From Takakia lepidozioides (Eukaryota; Plantae; Bryophyta): a DNA stretch of 64,000 bases. The DNA lies in NCBI GenBank assembly GCA_030704615.1, contig CM060731.1, positions 5,580,001 to 5,644,000 of the forward strand, in the 5' to 3' direction. The notes under the pieces are model-generated. The model saw only the letters and a list, made by a program, of their open reading frames with translations, did no database searches and had not been told where the DNA came from. Both the position numbers and the translations under genes were made by a program. This document shows, one piece after another, positions 37,594-50,372 of the stretch (its first letter is position 1; every line of letters begins with the position of its first letter).

Positions 37594-40500
37594 GTTTGCC
37601 TCTGTTCGTGTGGAAAAGAAGGGTCTGGCCAGCTCCGGATTGCAGTGGGTGCGGTCCTCCACTCCACTACTACGTGTGTGAGTCTGACGTTGGGTCTTCA
37701 ATCTGCCCAGATTTTCTCGCGGTGCACATTCCTTCGTCATCTCATGGGTGAGTCTGTAACAATCAGACAATCCACCAATCAACTCCTATTCAGAGCCCAA
37801 CAATCTGCGATCGTCTTGCCAAGACACACTCCTCTCAGCTCATATCCCACCCCTGAACCACAGAAAAGTGAGCTGTTTTAAAGCCAGGAGAGAGCACCCA
37901 TTATTTTCAGAAGCATACAGAGGTCAAAATTGAACTGCTCTCCTCTACTCTTCAAGGCCTTTGGTGCTTAGGAGTAGGACCTTAAAACGACCACAGGACG
38001 GACCACAGGACTCACCAAGTGTGGTCGTACATCGCTTGCTGAAAGTAGTCAGACACTCTGTTTCCAACAGGATCGTCAACATGAACCCACAAACTGGGAT
38101 GAGACAGCTCTCGACCTAACAGTGACTGAGCAAATAGTCCAAGCTTGAAAACGCTCCACAGTCTGCCCTCTGCCCTCCTCAAGTACCTGCATGGAATATA
38201 CACTCCTGCCCTGCACTGTTCCTCTGAGGGCCCACACTTCCCCAAAGAATAACACATTAAATATACACTCCATCCACCACACTGTCCCTTTACTACTACT
38301 AGTACTAGGTTTCTTTATTTTTTTTCTCTTTTTTATTATTTTTCAAAAGGACCATAGTATGGAGGGAGACAAAACTAGGTTTAGCATAAGACCTATTTAG
38401 GGGCCTGATCTGTGAGCTGTCGCTCCCAGGTGTCTCCCTTTTCTTTAAATTTGTTTTTAAAGAAGACCTCTGTTTTTTTGGGATGCTGTTATTTTCATTG
38501 ATTAACTTAGCTATTTGTTTTTAAGGGATGAGGAATCTTGATGGCACCCTAAATTTACATCTCTACTGCTGACTTGGTAAGAGTGCTTTGAAAACAAATT
38601 CTTCACTTAACCAAGTATAGCAGCCAATGGACCAAGCTTTTGTGTCCATAAAAAATGATATCCATAGAGGGCAAACATCCGGCCGCATTGTTCTTCCTAG
38701 AGCAGCCCGGCAATTACCACGCACACACTAATGTTGAAGGTGCACCCACGAAAGAGGACTCCTCCCGAGGCCGCACCATGATTTATTGATTAGCATGCAT
38801 ATCGACCAAGTTGAAAATTGCAATGCCAGCCATGGAAGCGGCGCTCAAAAGCAGGTGTTCAAGTCTGAAGAGTTGGTTCTTTGAAGTTTGGTGAATTGTT
38901 GCATGGTGGTTGTTCTTAACGGTCAAAAATCACAAGGCCGGCCGCCGGCCATGGAAGCAGCACTCAACAGCCGATGTTTAGTCTGAGTGCCACCCAGTGA
39001 TTTTGGGCTCCGATCCTGCTACCTTCTTGATCTCTTCCTTTCCTGTGCAGTGTCCATGATCCTTATGGCGAAGTCACTTTGAGTCTCTTTTGTGAGCTGT
39101 TGCTTTTGGGTATTTTCCGGGTTATTAACTTTTCTTTTAATGTCGATATCCTGCTGGTTCAAAACCCTCCCAACCCATTGAAATTTATATGCCCTAATTG
39201 TTATAAAACTCTTGCTCACTTCCACTTTACAGAGGATAAATGTTAATTCATGACTACCAGAATTATGGCGGTTTCATTTTTTAACAGGGAAGGAAAAAAG
39301 AAGGGAAACCCACTTATGTTTTTTTCCTGGATGTCAAAGCAATAAAATTTATTTAATATTGCCTAGTGGCAATAATGACTTTGATAGAGAATTAGATCAG
39401 TGGAAAAAGACAAAAGGACCTGAGAAGGCATGCCAAATTTGAAACACTCCCTGGCTATTTCCAGCCTTTTTTAGAAAGTTTTATTTACCTGTTTATGTGC
39501 TCTCTTTTGTAACTTAAGGGAGACTTTGCATCATGTTCAAGTCAATGGAAAAAAATGTTTGGTCAAAGAACCTTACACCATGTCAAGGCTCCCATTGTGC
39601 CTTGTTCAGAAAAGCTAAGTTCCTTCATTCACCATGGACAGAGATAGCACAATGCTGATCATTCACTGTATCTCTGTCCATGGTGAATGAAGGAACTTAG
39701 CTTTTCTGCCCCTTGTTTTCTGCAAGCAGCCCAATTCCCATGAATCCATCCCCTCTCTGCAGTAAATCCACAGCACCCACCAATGTAATGAAAGCAGAGT
39801 ATGGGCACACGTGATGACAGCTTCCAGCCGCCATAGCAACCAAGCACAGCCTTTACTGCACCCCACTCTGCAGGTGTTGCTTCCCACTAGAGGGACGTGG
39901 GCTGCAGATGGAGGCGCATCGACATGAAGACTGAACCTAAGTACTCAAGTGGAGCACAGGATGAAGAAAAAAACAAGTCCAGGCTGCCTGACGTCTCTCA
40001 TATGAGTGACCATGAAAAGCAAACATTATTATCACTGCCCATGGGATCATCTTATGTGAGTGAAGAGACTGTGTCGATGGAAGTTCCAAAGCTTATGCAT
40101 GGCGCCAATTTGTGAGGCACATGAGGTCAGCGAGACGAAAGAGCTGGACAAAGCCCATCAAAGTTGTCGATGTGCAGATGCAAAGCAGGAAGAGCAGGTT
40201 TGACTCTATTTTAGTAGGACTGCCACCAGCATGAATGACATACAACCTACCTACCTACCTTCCTTGTTCCCAAACTAGCGACATATCATTGCCAGTCTGG
40301 CTCCTCACCAAAAAGTTCCATTAAAGTGGAGGGATACCCGCCTACTTAATACTTACATGGGTATTACATTGGGTTCAACAGAGAGGCCTGGTGGCAGGAT
40401 AGGGGCGGAAGGGGCACTAGCTCCAGTGCCATTTGTCAATCTTGCAACTTCATCTGAGTAACTCTACAGTACCTTACAAGTAGTGAGAAGCCCAGTTTCC

Positions 40501-41331
40501 TATGATATGAAGAGTAATGCGATTAACAGGGATTAGGAAATGCTTCTTATCATGTGAGGATTGTCACATGGGTACCATATAATTCCATATGGACACATGC
40601 AGAGCAAACTATATACCTGTGAATTTGTCGCACCAAGGATAAGTTGAGGGAGGTGAACACTTGACCCATTGTTCTAGTGAATTTAGAAGGTCAAAAATGA
40701 CCCACAGAATGACATAGAACCCATTGTCATTCTATGGAATGAGATCTAACCCACCTTCTAGCCCAAATTTTTAAAATGGGGCTGGCACATTCTTTTCAGT
40801 TTTTGTGCTTTCTTTAGATTTATGTGGGCCCTTGATTGGCGACGGGACTAGGTTGACGCCACCTTGTGAGAATGTACCAAAGCTTAAATTGAAGTTATGG
40901 ACACCCAGAGGAAGCTGTAGTGGGTGAATGTGTAAATATCCAAATGTAGTCAAGGTTTTGACTGATACAAAAGCGGCAAAGAATAAAGGAGCATAAATGC
41001 CACATGAACCATGATCACATCAATGTCAATCCTTTTGTATCCCCCCACCTAAAACACGTCTCCCGAAGGAGGAGCTCGCAGTTCATAGGAATGTTGTTCC
41101 ATTTGATGATGAATCGTATATCGTCAACACGCTACCTAGTGATCTCTCCGCGGATGGTCCAAGTATTCTCTGACCAACTGAACTTGATTATTGCTAACTT
41201 TTATTGCAGAAAAGATGAATTTTTTGGTATAATTTCCACCCCACCTAGTGAACCTCTTATATCAACAAGTGAGTGTGGGGGAAAAGGGGAGATTGAAGGA
41301 TGGATAACCCATACTTGAGGAGCCTGCAATG

Positions 41332-41607
41332 CAGCCATTCTTTTAGTGGCGAATAATCGCCAAATTTCGACCTCAAAAAATAAAATCGAATATTCTGTCG
41401 CAAATCCACTGTTTTTTCATGGATGAAATCGCCAAATTTCTCCAAATACAAAATAAATTATGGATGAATTCGCCAAATATGGATGATATATATGGATGAT
41501 GGCACATATGTGGATGAATTATAGTGGATGAACAGAATAAATGGCTATTTCCTGCAAAACTCTGTAGCCACTCGTGCTATTTTCCAAATTTCTTAAGAAA
41601 AACACTG
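41332..41607. mobile_element. hAT-type MITE
   Basis: 8-bp TSD CTGCAATG (41324-41331 / 41608-41615), CAG...CTG termini, internal ATCGCCAAAT and TGGATGA repeats. Confidence 0.7.
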
Positions 41608-44108
41608 CTGCAATGATAGAGACTGAATTGTTCGGTAGAGGGTAATATTAATCATGGACGAAACGACGAAACGTCAGAAGTCAGAACTCAAGTACCAAGG
41701 TCCGAGACTTATGTACTCTAAGTTTTCGAACGCATGAACTCGGTACATATCAGTCCTTGAACGAAGAGCGTAGGTAACGTTACGCACGACCCAAATCGTG
41801 CAATCGTGTGCACCTTGTTTGGTCGGCCATTGCCGGTCACCTGCTCCAACCAACGGGGAGAACCGGCAGCCAGTTACATGCTAGCCGACTGATTTCGAGG
41901 ATTTCCGAGTGAAAATTGAAACCTCGGAAGTTTACCGGGTATGTTCACATAGGAAATTGACTATTGCAGTTACCATTAAGGGGAAGCAACCGACTCCCCA
42001 ACCCACTTAGCCGGTTGGTTCTCAGAATGAGGGGCCATTGGCTGGTTCAACTGAAATTATTTGCCGGACGCTGACCTGCTCTCTCCCGATTCACGAGGTA
42101 TCACCTACTCTAACCCTACTCATTTTCATATTTCTTCTGGGTGACCAGTGAAACGAAACGGATAGAAGTTGGAACTCTATAATTCCTCTTGTCACATCTG
42201 CTGCCCAGATTCGAACATCTTCGCTTGGTAGCAAAACTTAAGTGATGTTCCCTATACAATCAGGATACACTATCACTCTTGCATTTCATTCAAAGAACAG
42301 CCCAGGGCGTAAAATATAGTCACTTGTGCTTGAACCATATATACAGATGGGGATGCCCAATGCCCATTCAATTCTGACTCCTTCATGATTCTCTCACTAT
42401 GGAGCAACAAACGCTCCAATAGTCATGTGCGAAATATTAGGTGGACCCCCCTACACTTCAATAAGTGGAAACTAGATAATTCATTCCACCCATAACTACT
42501 GTGAATGATAGATCCGTTAGCTTCCCAGTCCTTTATGAATGAGGGCCGTAATTATATCCCGAGGGACAAGGAAACAACAAAGCAATATAATATCAACCCA
42601 ACTTAACTTCCATTCATCAAAAGTATGTAGCAGCAATCAGAGTCTCACGGAGACTGACAACTTCTTTGGGAAAACAGGGCTTCAATGCGACAACAGGAGC
42701 TCTGGGGCAATATCTCACTAAAGCCTATATTGGTCGACTGGTATAAATGTTTTAACTGGATCAAAGAGTGGGGCTCCTCCTATTGGCCTGCGCAGATGTT
42801 GAGTAGCAAATAGCTGACAAGCATTACTTACCAAACACGTCAGTGTTATGGTGTCGAGTGTCGACCGGATTGAGTGGAGGTTCCATTCATGACCAAATCC
42901 CATTCCATAAAACCCATCTAACAAATTCTAGTGCAATCTCTTACAAATCTTTCCAAGCTGGATAGGCTTACTTGGTGCAGCTTATTTATATAGTGCACAC
43001 TGGAATCTGACTGGCTACAAGATCAGCGGGACTTCACTTGTCAAGCTCCTTCTGTACTAGCCTAGTTCCAGTTCACTTCATTCACTACATTGAATTTACT
43101 CAAAGCGGATCAACGTCAACTTAAGAATACTAGGTCAAGGTCATTCTCTTCAGCAAAACCAGTGAAGGCCTTTCAATCCCAGGCTAATTTGGATCTCATC
43201 ACACTGAGCATTAGATCGGTCAGTGAGACCTTAGATCATCCACGTGCCTTGTTTATTCTAACTATTTCGAGTGACCACCCTATTCACCCAAAACTGTGAG
43301 TGTTTTAAACTTCAGGCTAATTTTGAAGCCAAATAGACTCAGAAACAGACTGGGATCTGGCTGGCAAGCTCAATACAATTACCCCCTTCACTCATTCATG
43401 TGCAATGCCAAGCTTTGAGGTGATTATAATCCCCACACCTATTCCGGGTTTGCTTCAATACCATGCCTCGCCACTGTCTTCAAATATAGCCAACCCACCT
43501 TCCAAGCCCCCAGCTTTAGCACCATGCCAGCCTTTCCTAGCTCATTGCCGCCAACATAGCCATCCTCTTCCCCCCATTGTCAATGCAGAAGGTGGCAGAT
43601 ACGGTATGGTCGGAATCCAGACATGATTCCAGTCTCTTTTTGCGAAGAAGCGGGAAGAATTTATGCAGTAATGCTTAATAAGAGCTCTGAGTTAAGAGGA
43701 AACTACATAGTACCGTAGTCTCTAGTTGGTGAATCCCCAGAAATGGGCAAGCATTTGCTGGCCACAAGCTGCCCCACTACCATTGTCATCGTCATTACTT
43801 CCTCATAATGTATTGCCCCTCTTTAGCCGCAGCTAACCACAGCAGTTGATGAATATTTTGGTACACTTCTTAGAAAACCTGGAGTTCAGGCATTTGCACC
43901 AGGCCAGTTCCTCCAAAATTCAAATCCAATTATTAATCCTCTCACATGTTATTGAATTTGTGTGGGTAGGTATCTGATCAGTTCATTATTTGATTGACCA
44001 TATAGTTTTTTTGTGTGTGCTGTTTGGAGAATCCCAAAATTGCACTCATGGGAGGGAAAGCTCCCTTGTTTTACTTTTTTTTTAAGTGAAACACCCTATT
44101 AATCTAAA

Positions 44109-44962
44109 CTAGGGTAGCCTGTGCCGTTGGCCCAAGTGTCCAATGTCATCTAAGCCCAAGTGCAATCTCCTATGTATCCAAAGGCATCTCCCATGTGCGT
44201 CTCTCATGTCGAGCCCATCTAAGCTTAGTGTGCAATCCCCAATGTATCCAAGTGCGTCTCCAGAGGCGAGGCCCAAATGCAACCTCTAGGGTAGCATCTG
44301 CCCGTTGGCCCAAGTGTCGAGTGTCATCTAAGCCCCCAAGTGTAAGATCTTCTATGTATCCTAGTGCATATCCTATGTCGAGGCCCAAGTGCGACCTCTA
44401 GTGTAGTCGTTGGCCCAGTGTGAAGAATTTGAAAATCTAAGACCAAGTGCAAGTTCCTATGTATCTCGTATGTCGAGGCCCAAATGCGACCTCTAGGGTA
44501 ACCCCAAGTGTCAAGTGTCATCTAAGTCCCACTGCAATCCCCTATGTATCCAAGTGTGTCTCCTATGTCGAGGCCCAAATGCGACCTCTAGGGTAGCCTG
44601 TGCCGTTGGCCCAAGTGTCCAATGTCATTTAAGTAAGTTTTTTTTTCCACAGAGCCTACGACCAGATTTGAACCGGAGACCTTTCCCTTGATATCTCTCT
44701 CGTCGAGGCTCCAACCATTGTCCCATGAATGCCCACTTTGCCATTTTTGCTATTTTTTGTGAATTCCCATCGACCAAAAGCACTTGGAATTCGACATCTC
44801 CCACACCGCAGGTCCAAAAGTCGTGAGACCAAACCCGTGCACCCCTCCTCGTCGAGGGCTTTCCAACGGTACCAAGCACCAGGGCTGGGGCCTTGCGGTT
44901 TGGGACATCTCAATGTGACAAAACAAAACAAAACAAAACAAACGTCTTGCTTCATAGATAGA
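44109..44962 (-). mobile_element. Non-autonomous Helitron with tandemly reiterated 3' ends
   Basis: Minus strand begins A|TC (44963|44962) and ends CTAG|T (44109), preceded by a degenerate GC hairpin (GCCTGTGCCGTTGGCCC). The ~100-bp end unit is repeated ~5 times. Confidence 0.7.
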
Positions 44963-45287
44963 TGAGAGCCTTAAGACATATATGACTCAATTTTCAAAGA
45001 CTTTACCTATTTTGATATACTTTTTAGTAAGACTATTATAAGTTAAGCAGATATAAATAATTTTGCTACATACATCCACTTGCGCCCTTCCGAGTCATTT
45101 TTTCCATGAATGAGGTTGATTTTTTTATTCCTTTTTAAATGGAAACATTTGGGAACGACACCTCACAAATCAGGCCCTTTAATTATAGTGAGTGGAGAAA
45201 ATAACCTCTTTCAAAGTAACCTCGCCATGAGGCGCCAAGCATAATGCTCAGCTAAGGGAAGGGGGAGAAGAACACACCACAGCAACA

Positions 45288-45357
45288 ATGCAGCAGGATT
45301 TGAACCCAGAATTACCTAGGTGGCACTCAGTGCACTATCCAACTGAGCTACTGACTG
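45288..45357 (-). pseudogene. tRNA-derived sequence (SINE head or tRNA-Gly(GCC)-like pseudogene)
   Basis: A-box TAGCTCAGTTGG and B-box GGTTCAAATCC with TGCCAC between; anticodon and acceptor stems degenerate. Confidence 0.55.
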
Positions 45358-45441
45358 GTGGTAAAGCGATATCCCAGTTCCACATGAGTGGATGAGCTGA
45401 ATTTATTTTTTTCTTTTTTTGAGAATTTATGCCCTCTCCCA

Positions 45442-45988
45442 TGTGAAGCACGATTCCGGCGCTATGGGTTTATTCTACTTCCTCTACCGGGTTTAGCTTT
45501 ATCAGGGGAATGTAGTCAGTAGACGGACCAGGCAGAGAAGACGGAATCTCACGAAGAGGACGCAACAGACTCAAACATCCACACAGTGTTCATGCGAGCA
45601 CTTGAGCGCACCGTCACTCAGTATTCGTACAAACGTGAGAGCAAAACCACCACCCTTACTACCACGGGAGTGTAGTTTAAATAGCATTAGGCCATAATCT
45701 AATCCTTGTGCCGCATGGCACTTACACACAGGCCAGCCAGATGTTGTTCAAGCCTGACCATAGAAAGAAGCCACATCATCCAGTTCCATCCTAATCTAAT
45801 CCTAAACTAGCTGTTAGAGTAAGACAACATATAATAAAGCCGTAAGCTGCTGCCAGCTCATCCTCATGCATTAGGTAGAAGTTCATCCAGACTACATCTT
45901 AACTCCGTCCATCCCTTTTACATCATGCGCTCATCCTCCCTCCATTCATCTAAGGCAAAAAATAGGTGAGGGGGAATCCCATCTTCAC
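45442..45988 (-). mobile_element. Solo LTR related to the adjacent Gypsy LTRs
   Basis: TGTGAAG...CTTCACA termini and 4-bp TSD CCCA. Its reverse complement shares AACAGCTAGTTTAGGATTAG, ACATCTGG, ATTAGATTA and CCGGAATC with the 46227/57866 LTRs. Confidence 0.8.
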
Positions 45989-46226
45989 ACCCATCCACCA
46001 AAATTTGGACCATTTCTCAATATTTGCATGGCAGCCTTGCCAATCTTCTCTGCATCGTTCCCATTATCAGAAATGACCTGGAATTTGCTCCGAACATATT
46101 ATAAACATGCTGGTTATAGACCCTTAATTACAGACTGACTTTTTTAAAGTTACCTTGCTTCAGTGCTTCATTTTTTCATTTCTCCAAATAGCTTAGGAGG
46201 CCACATGTAGGTTCTATCTAGCACTA

Positions 46227-46747
46227 TGTGAAGTCTGGATTCCTACCACCTGTTTTTTGGATTGGATGGACAGAGTATGACTACGTTTGGATGAACTGTT
46301 GATGGGGATGAAGACCGGATGTGGCGGGGCTGACCGTTACGTAAGATCAGCTGGCGCAGCTGGGTCCCAATAAATTAGGGTTGTCTGTAGTTAACAACTA
46401 GTTTAGGATTAGGATAGATGAGCTGGCATCTTTGAGTGGTCTTGCTAGGAAGACATCTGGATGACCAATGTAAAGAGCCCATGTGGTTCAGATTAGATTA
46501 CGTTTCTAATACTACTTAAGCCTATGATTAGAGGCAAAGAAGGTGGTGGATTTGATCTCAAGTGGTCTACGGTGTACTTATGTTGCAACTTGAGTGTGCA
46601 TGATCTACTGGATAAAAGTGTCTTGGCAAGTGTGAACGTTTGTGTCAGATTCCATCCTATCTAGCAAGTCCCTGTCCTACTGTGCTACAATCCCCTTGTT
46701 GGTAATTCCCGGACAGAAAGGGGAATATATCCCCGGCCCCGGAATCT
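46227..46747 (+). repeat. 5' LTR
   Basis: Starts TGTGAAG; colinear with 57866-58387; followed directly by the PBS. Confidence 0.9.
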
Positions 46748-46936
46748 TGGTGGAGATGGGGGGCATTGTAATTCGTTGTTGTTGACGGATGAACCTAATC
46801 ATTTTTGGGTAACTGTTTTTGGCAAAGAGGAATAAGGTATTGTAGCCAGGCGCAATGGTGGCGCTCTCTGCTCTTCGTTTTTGCCAAATCGTTGCTAACT
46901 TGTGCAAGCTCACGAAGCGTGTGTGTGCAGCAAGCC

Positions 46937-48245
46937 ATGGCATCTCCTTCTAGCTCTCAGCCTTCTATTCCAGAGGTTACACCTGAGCTAAACTTTGAAC
47001 TGACGTTTTTACACGAATTGCAAGCTCGCCTAAGCGAAGACATCTGCAAGTACGCGCCTTTTGATGCAAGTGCGCCTTGGACGCGGGAGGAGATAGTGCT
47101 TGATACGCCCTCTGATTATTGGGTTGCTCAGTTTGAGGCAAAGGCAGCATAGGAGGCTGCGAAGGTGGTTACAACGGCGGCCCAGAAACGTAAACAGAAA
47201 CGGAAGCTCGATCAAGCTCTTCAAGGGGCTTGGGCGGGGAAGCTTCTACAGGAATTGCATGCGGAAGATATTGCCCAAAGAATTCCATTTTCTGTGCTCA
47301 AAGAGCGCATGCGAGCTGGTGAATTGTTTAGTTGGGCAGAGGTTGGAGTTCCCAAGTTCACTGTTTCTCGAGAGATTGGTCGTGACCTCGAGAGTTTCTC
47401 ATTTCCCTACAAACCTAGTCTTTTGAGGCTGTGGGAGTTCATCAAAGGCGGAAGTGCGATTGTGTTTGCGAATCTCCACTCAGTTGGCGCTGCTGCTCCC
47501 GACCCTATCTGAGAAGAGGTCGTGGTTGGTGTGCTCGCACAGCGCTTTCCTCATTGTGCTACAGACATTGTCATCTTTCCTGGAAAAAGCTTCAAATATG
47601 AATGCATAGGGCTTAGCCAACGGAAGCTGTTGAGTACTCGTGCCACACTTTGATTGTCAAGGAGAGTGTTGTTCGCACAGTGGTGAAGGTCTCTTTTTGG
47701 CTCAAATGCGATCGAGAAGTTGGGGGGAAGCTGTCTACCTTCTACCCAAACACAAATACATCAACAGCCACTATGTGGCCAACTGGGAAGATTACATGCT
47801 GAAACCTCTGTCTTTGAAAAATTGAAGATTGCACTCACCTCGGCCCCTGTGCTCGCCTACCCTGACTTTACCAAAACCTTCCTTTTTCAAACTAATGCCA
47901 GTGATCTTGCCATATCTGCAGTGCTTAGCCAAGTCATTGATGGGACCTTGAACATGCAGTTGCCTACGCTTCTCGCCGATTAAATAAACATGAACGTAAC
48001 TATTCAATTACAGACAAAGAAGCTTGGCTTGCTGTTGAGTTTGGTGTAAAGTATTTTCGTCAGTATCTATATGGCTATCCCTTTGTCATTGAAACTCATC
48101 ATTTTCCATTAAAAGCCTTATTAACCCCTCGTGAACTAACCCGGCGTTTGGCAAGATGGGCCCTGATTTTGCAGGCCTATGATTTTAAGATCTCTTATAA
48201 ACGAGGAAAGAATAACATCAATGCAGATGCCCTTACCCGTGGGGA
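46937..48245 (+). pseudogene. Gypsy ORF1-like region running in frame into RT-connection/RNase H
   Basis: FEKLKIALTSAPVLAYPDFTKTFLFQTNASDLAISAVLSQ, ERNYSITDKE, RLARWALILQAYDFKISYKRGKNNINADALTR; internal stops. Confidence 0.85.
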
Positions 48246-49108
48246 GACCAAGCCTGCAGCCCCTTACGCCAGCTTGGATGATTTACTTCTTGTCTCTCCA
48301 CCTTCCTCGCAACCTCTTCATGCTCCTCCTGTCACTGACCCCATGGCCTTGTGACACCTTTTGGATTTTCCCTATGTCCTTGTTGACTTACTTGATGCTT
48401 GGGACCTAGCTCAGTTTGATGTTCATTAATTTCTTGCTACGGTACTTAGTGTGATTGGCAGTTTGGCAAATCTGCAATTAGGTTTGACTCTGGTCCTTCC
48501 CTATGCCTTGTTCATTTTTCTCTAGCTTCTGCCATGCCTTGTTTATCCAGACCAAGGGACTGAGCAGTGCTTATAACTTCATAGGCAGCCACTGAAAGGA
48601 TGACAGGATTAATGAAGGGAAGAAAACGGGGGCGGCCACTTTCCATTTCACGGACGTGACTTCCACGTGAGCGTGAGCGCGAGCGCGTACGCTCACGCGA
48701 TGGTGACGTGGCGTGAGCGCAGGCTCACACCAATTGATGTGGCGTGAGCGTGAGGCCGACATATCCTTATCCTGCTGACGTGGCAGTCGTCTGAATGACG
48801 TGACATTTGGACAACTTGCCAGATGTCATGTCATCAGAAACATATAGCACCTATAGCCGAGGGGCCTATAGCCGTGGCATTCATTCATCCAAAACACCAA
48901 AAATAAAAATGCAGGAACGACTTGTGAAAGCATTTGCATCCATTCCATTTATTTTCGAACGACTACACACAAGAAAGAAATGGCACACATTGCACAACAT
49001 AATTGGAGGTTGCACTGGCACCAAATATACGAAGGGACATCAAGTTCACATTTCAATTCTTGTAAAATCCAGTAATGGAAATTGCAGATGACCAAAGTGA
49101 AGAGGATG

Positions 49109-50372
49109 TTATGTGCTCCTATCCCGCTGCATAAGTGTATTCACCTCGTTGAAACTCATGGTGGCCTGGTGAATGAAGATGTCGCGTCTGGGATCACAAA
49201 CCATTCTGTTCAAGAAGATAAAATACAGATTCTTGCAGGGTATAAATTTTCCTGTCTTTCCCAAACTTTTTGTAAGCATGCCAACAAAATCAGGACAGTT
49301 GCAGTTGTGGAAGTTTGAAACTGTGATGTCGTACAATCAGTCATGCATAGCGGATGTGGAGGTCATCATAGTGTAAATTCGTCTATACCCGGGATGTGAA
49401 ACTTCCGTAGTGCCTGTAACACGACCTTGAAGCATTCGAGCGGATTCCACCTTGCCGAAGTGTTCGGCAGTCGGAGGGAAACGACGAACCAACTTCCCAT
49501 TTTGTTTTGTTGGCCATGCATCAGCGTTGGGTGGTGGCACTCGAGAACTTACTGAAGTAGAAGCACATGCATGTATAGAGGGGGCTCGCTGAAGGGAGAA
49601 GCCTGCCTCCTCCAACATGGCAATCTCCTGAGTTGTGAGATGTGTCCCCACCTTCACAGGCCAAATGCTTGGTGGAGGAGGCTCCATGATCACCGATGGT
49701 CACACAGTCCCACGCACGCACCTACCACAGTCGTCAAGGCAGAACCAGAATTAGTGGTTCTTTGCCTCTGCTTGCCCGTAAGGCTGGAAAAAACCAGTGA
49801 AGGTCGGAGCCGGAGTGCGGACCTTGCCTCTGGAGATGGAGGGCTTGCACTTCTCACGATTGGTGGCTCTGATTGCCGTGCACTTCACTCGAGACCCAGC
49901 ACTGGTGCATTCTATGTGCCAGACTTCGTCAGGGCACATGGATTCCACCACATTGGGGAGGACGTTCGACTCCTGCACCCCATTGCATTGACAGTGGGAG
50001 ATGCCTGGGTCTGGCTTTGTAAGAAGTTTCTCCGCACTGGACATTCCGGAAACAAATCTCTGATGCAATGGAACACGCGGAGTGGAGAAGTAGTCCCTGT
50101 CCGGCCTGTGCAAGTCCGCATCCGAACCAGGATGGGTGTTCAATTTCCGTTTACAAGAGCCGAATCTCTCCTCGCCCTCCAGATGCGGAACTCTGGACAC
50201 CAGAGGAGCTCCCTCCACACACATGTTGACAGCCTTGGCTATCTTGTTGAGATCCCCCGATCTTCTTGTAGCTTGCAACATCAACTCAGACTTGTCGGGA
50301 CCATTGCCACCAACGCCACCCCGCAAGAACTCCCGGTATCCTGTTTGTTGCTGTAGAGCTCGTATTTGATCA
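49109..50372 (-). pseudogene. SWIM zinc-finger protein (transposase C-terminal half or accessory protein)
   Basis: One frame with stops: QIRALQQQTGYREFLRGGVGGNGPDKSEL..PHLEGEERFGSCKRKL..FWFC..WPVKVGTHLT..CNCPDF...FIPCK(N)LYFIF (SWIM CxC..CxH with H changed to N). Confidence 0.75.

Noticed and set aside
41640-43700. Coding-like minus-strand fragments
   Set aside because: Heavily interrupted and no family could be recognised
49571-50356. 261-aa plus-strand ORF
   Set aside because: Antisense shadow of the SWIM-protein gene
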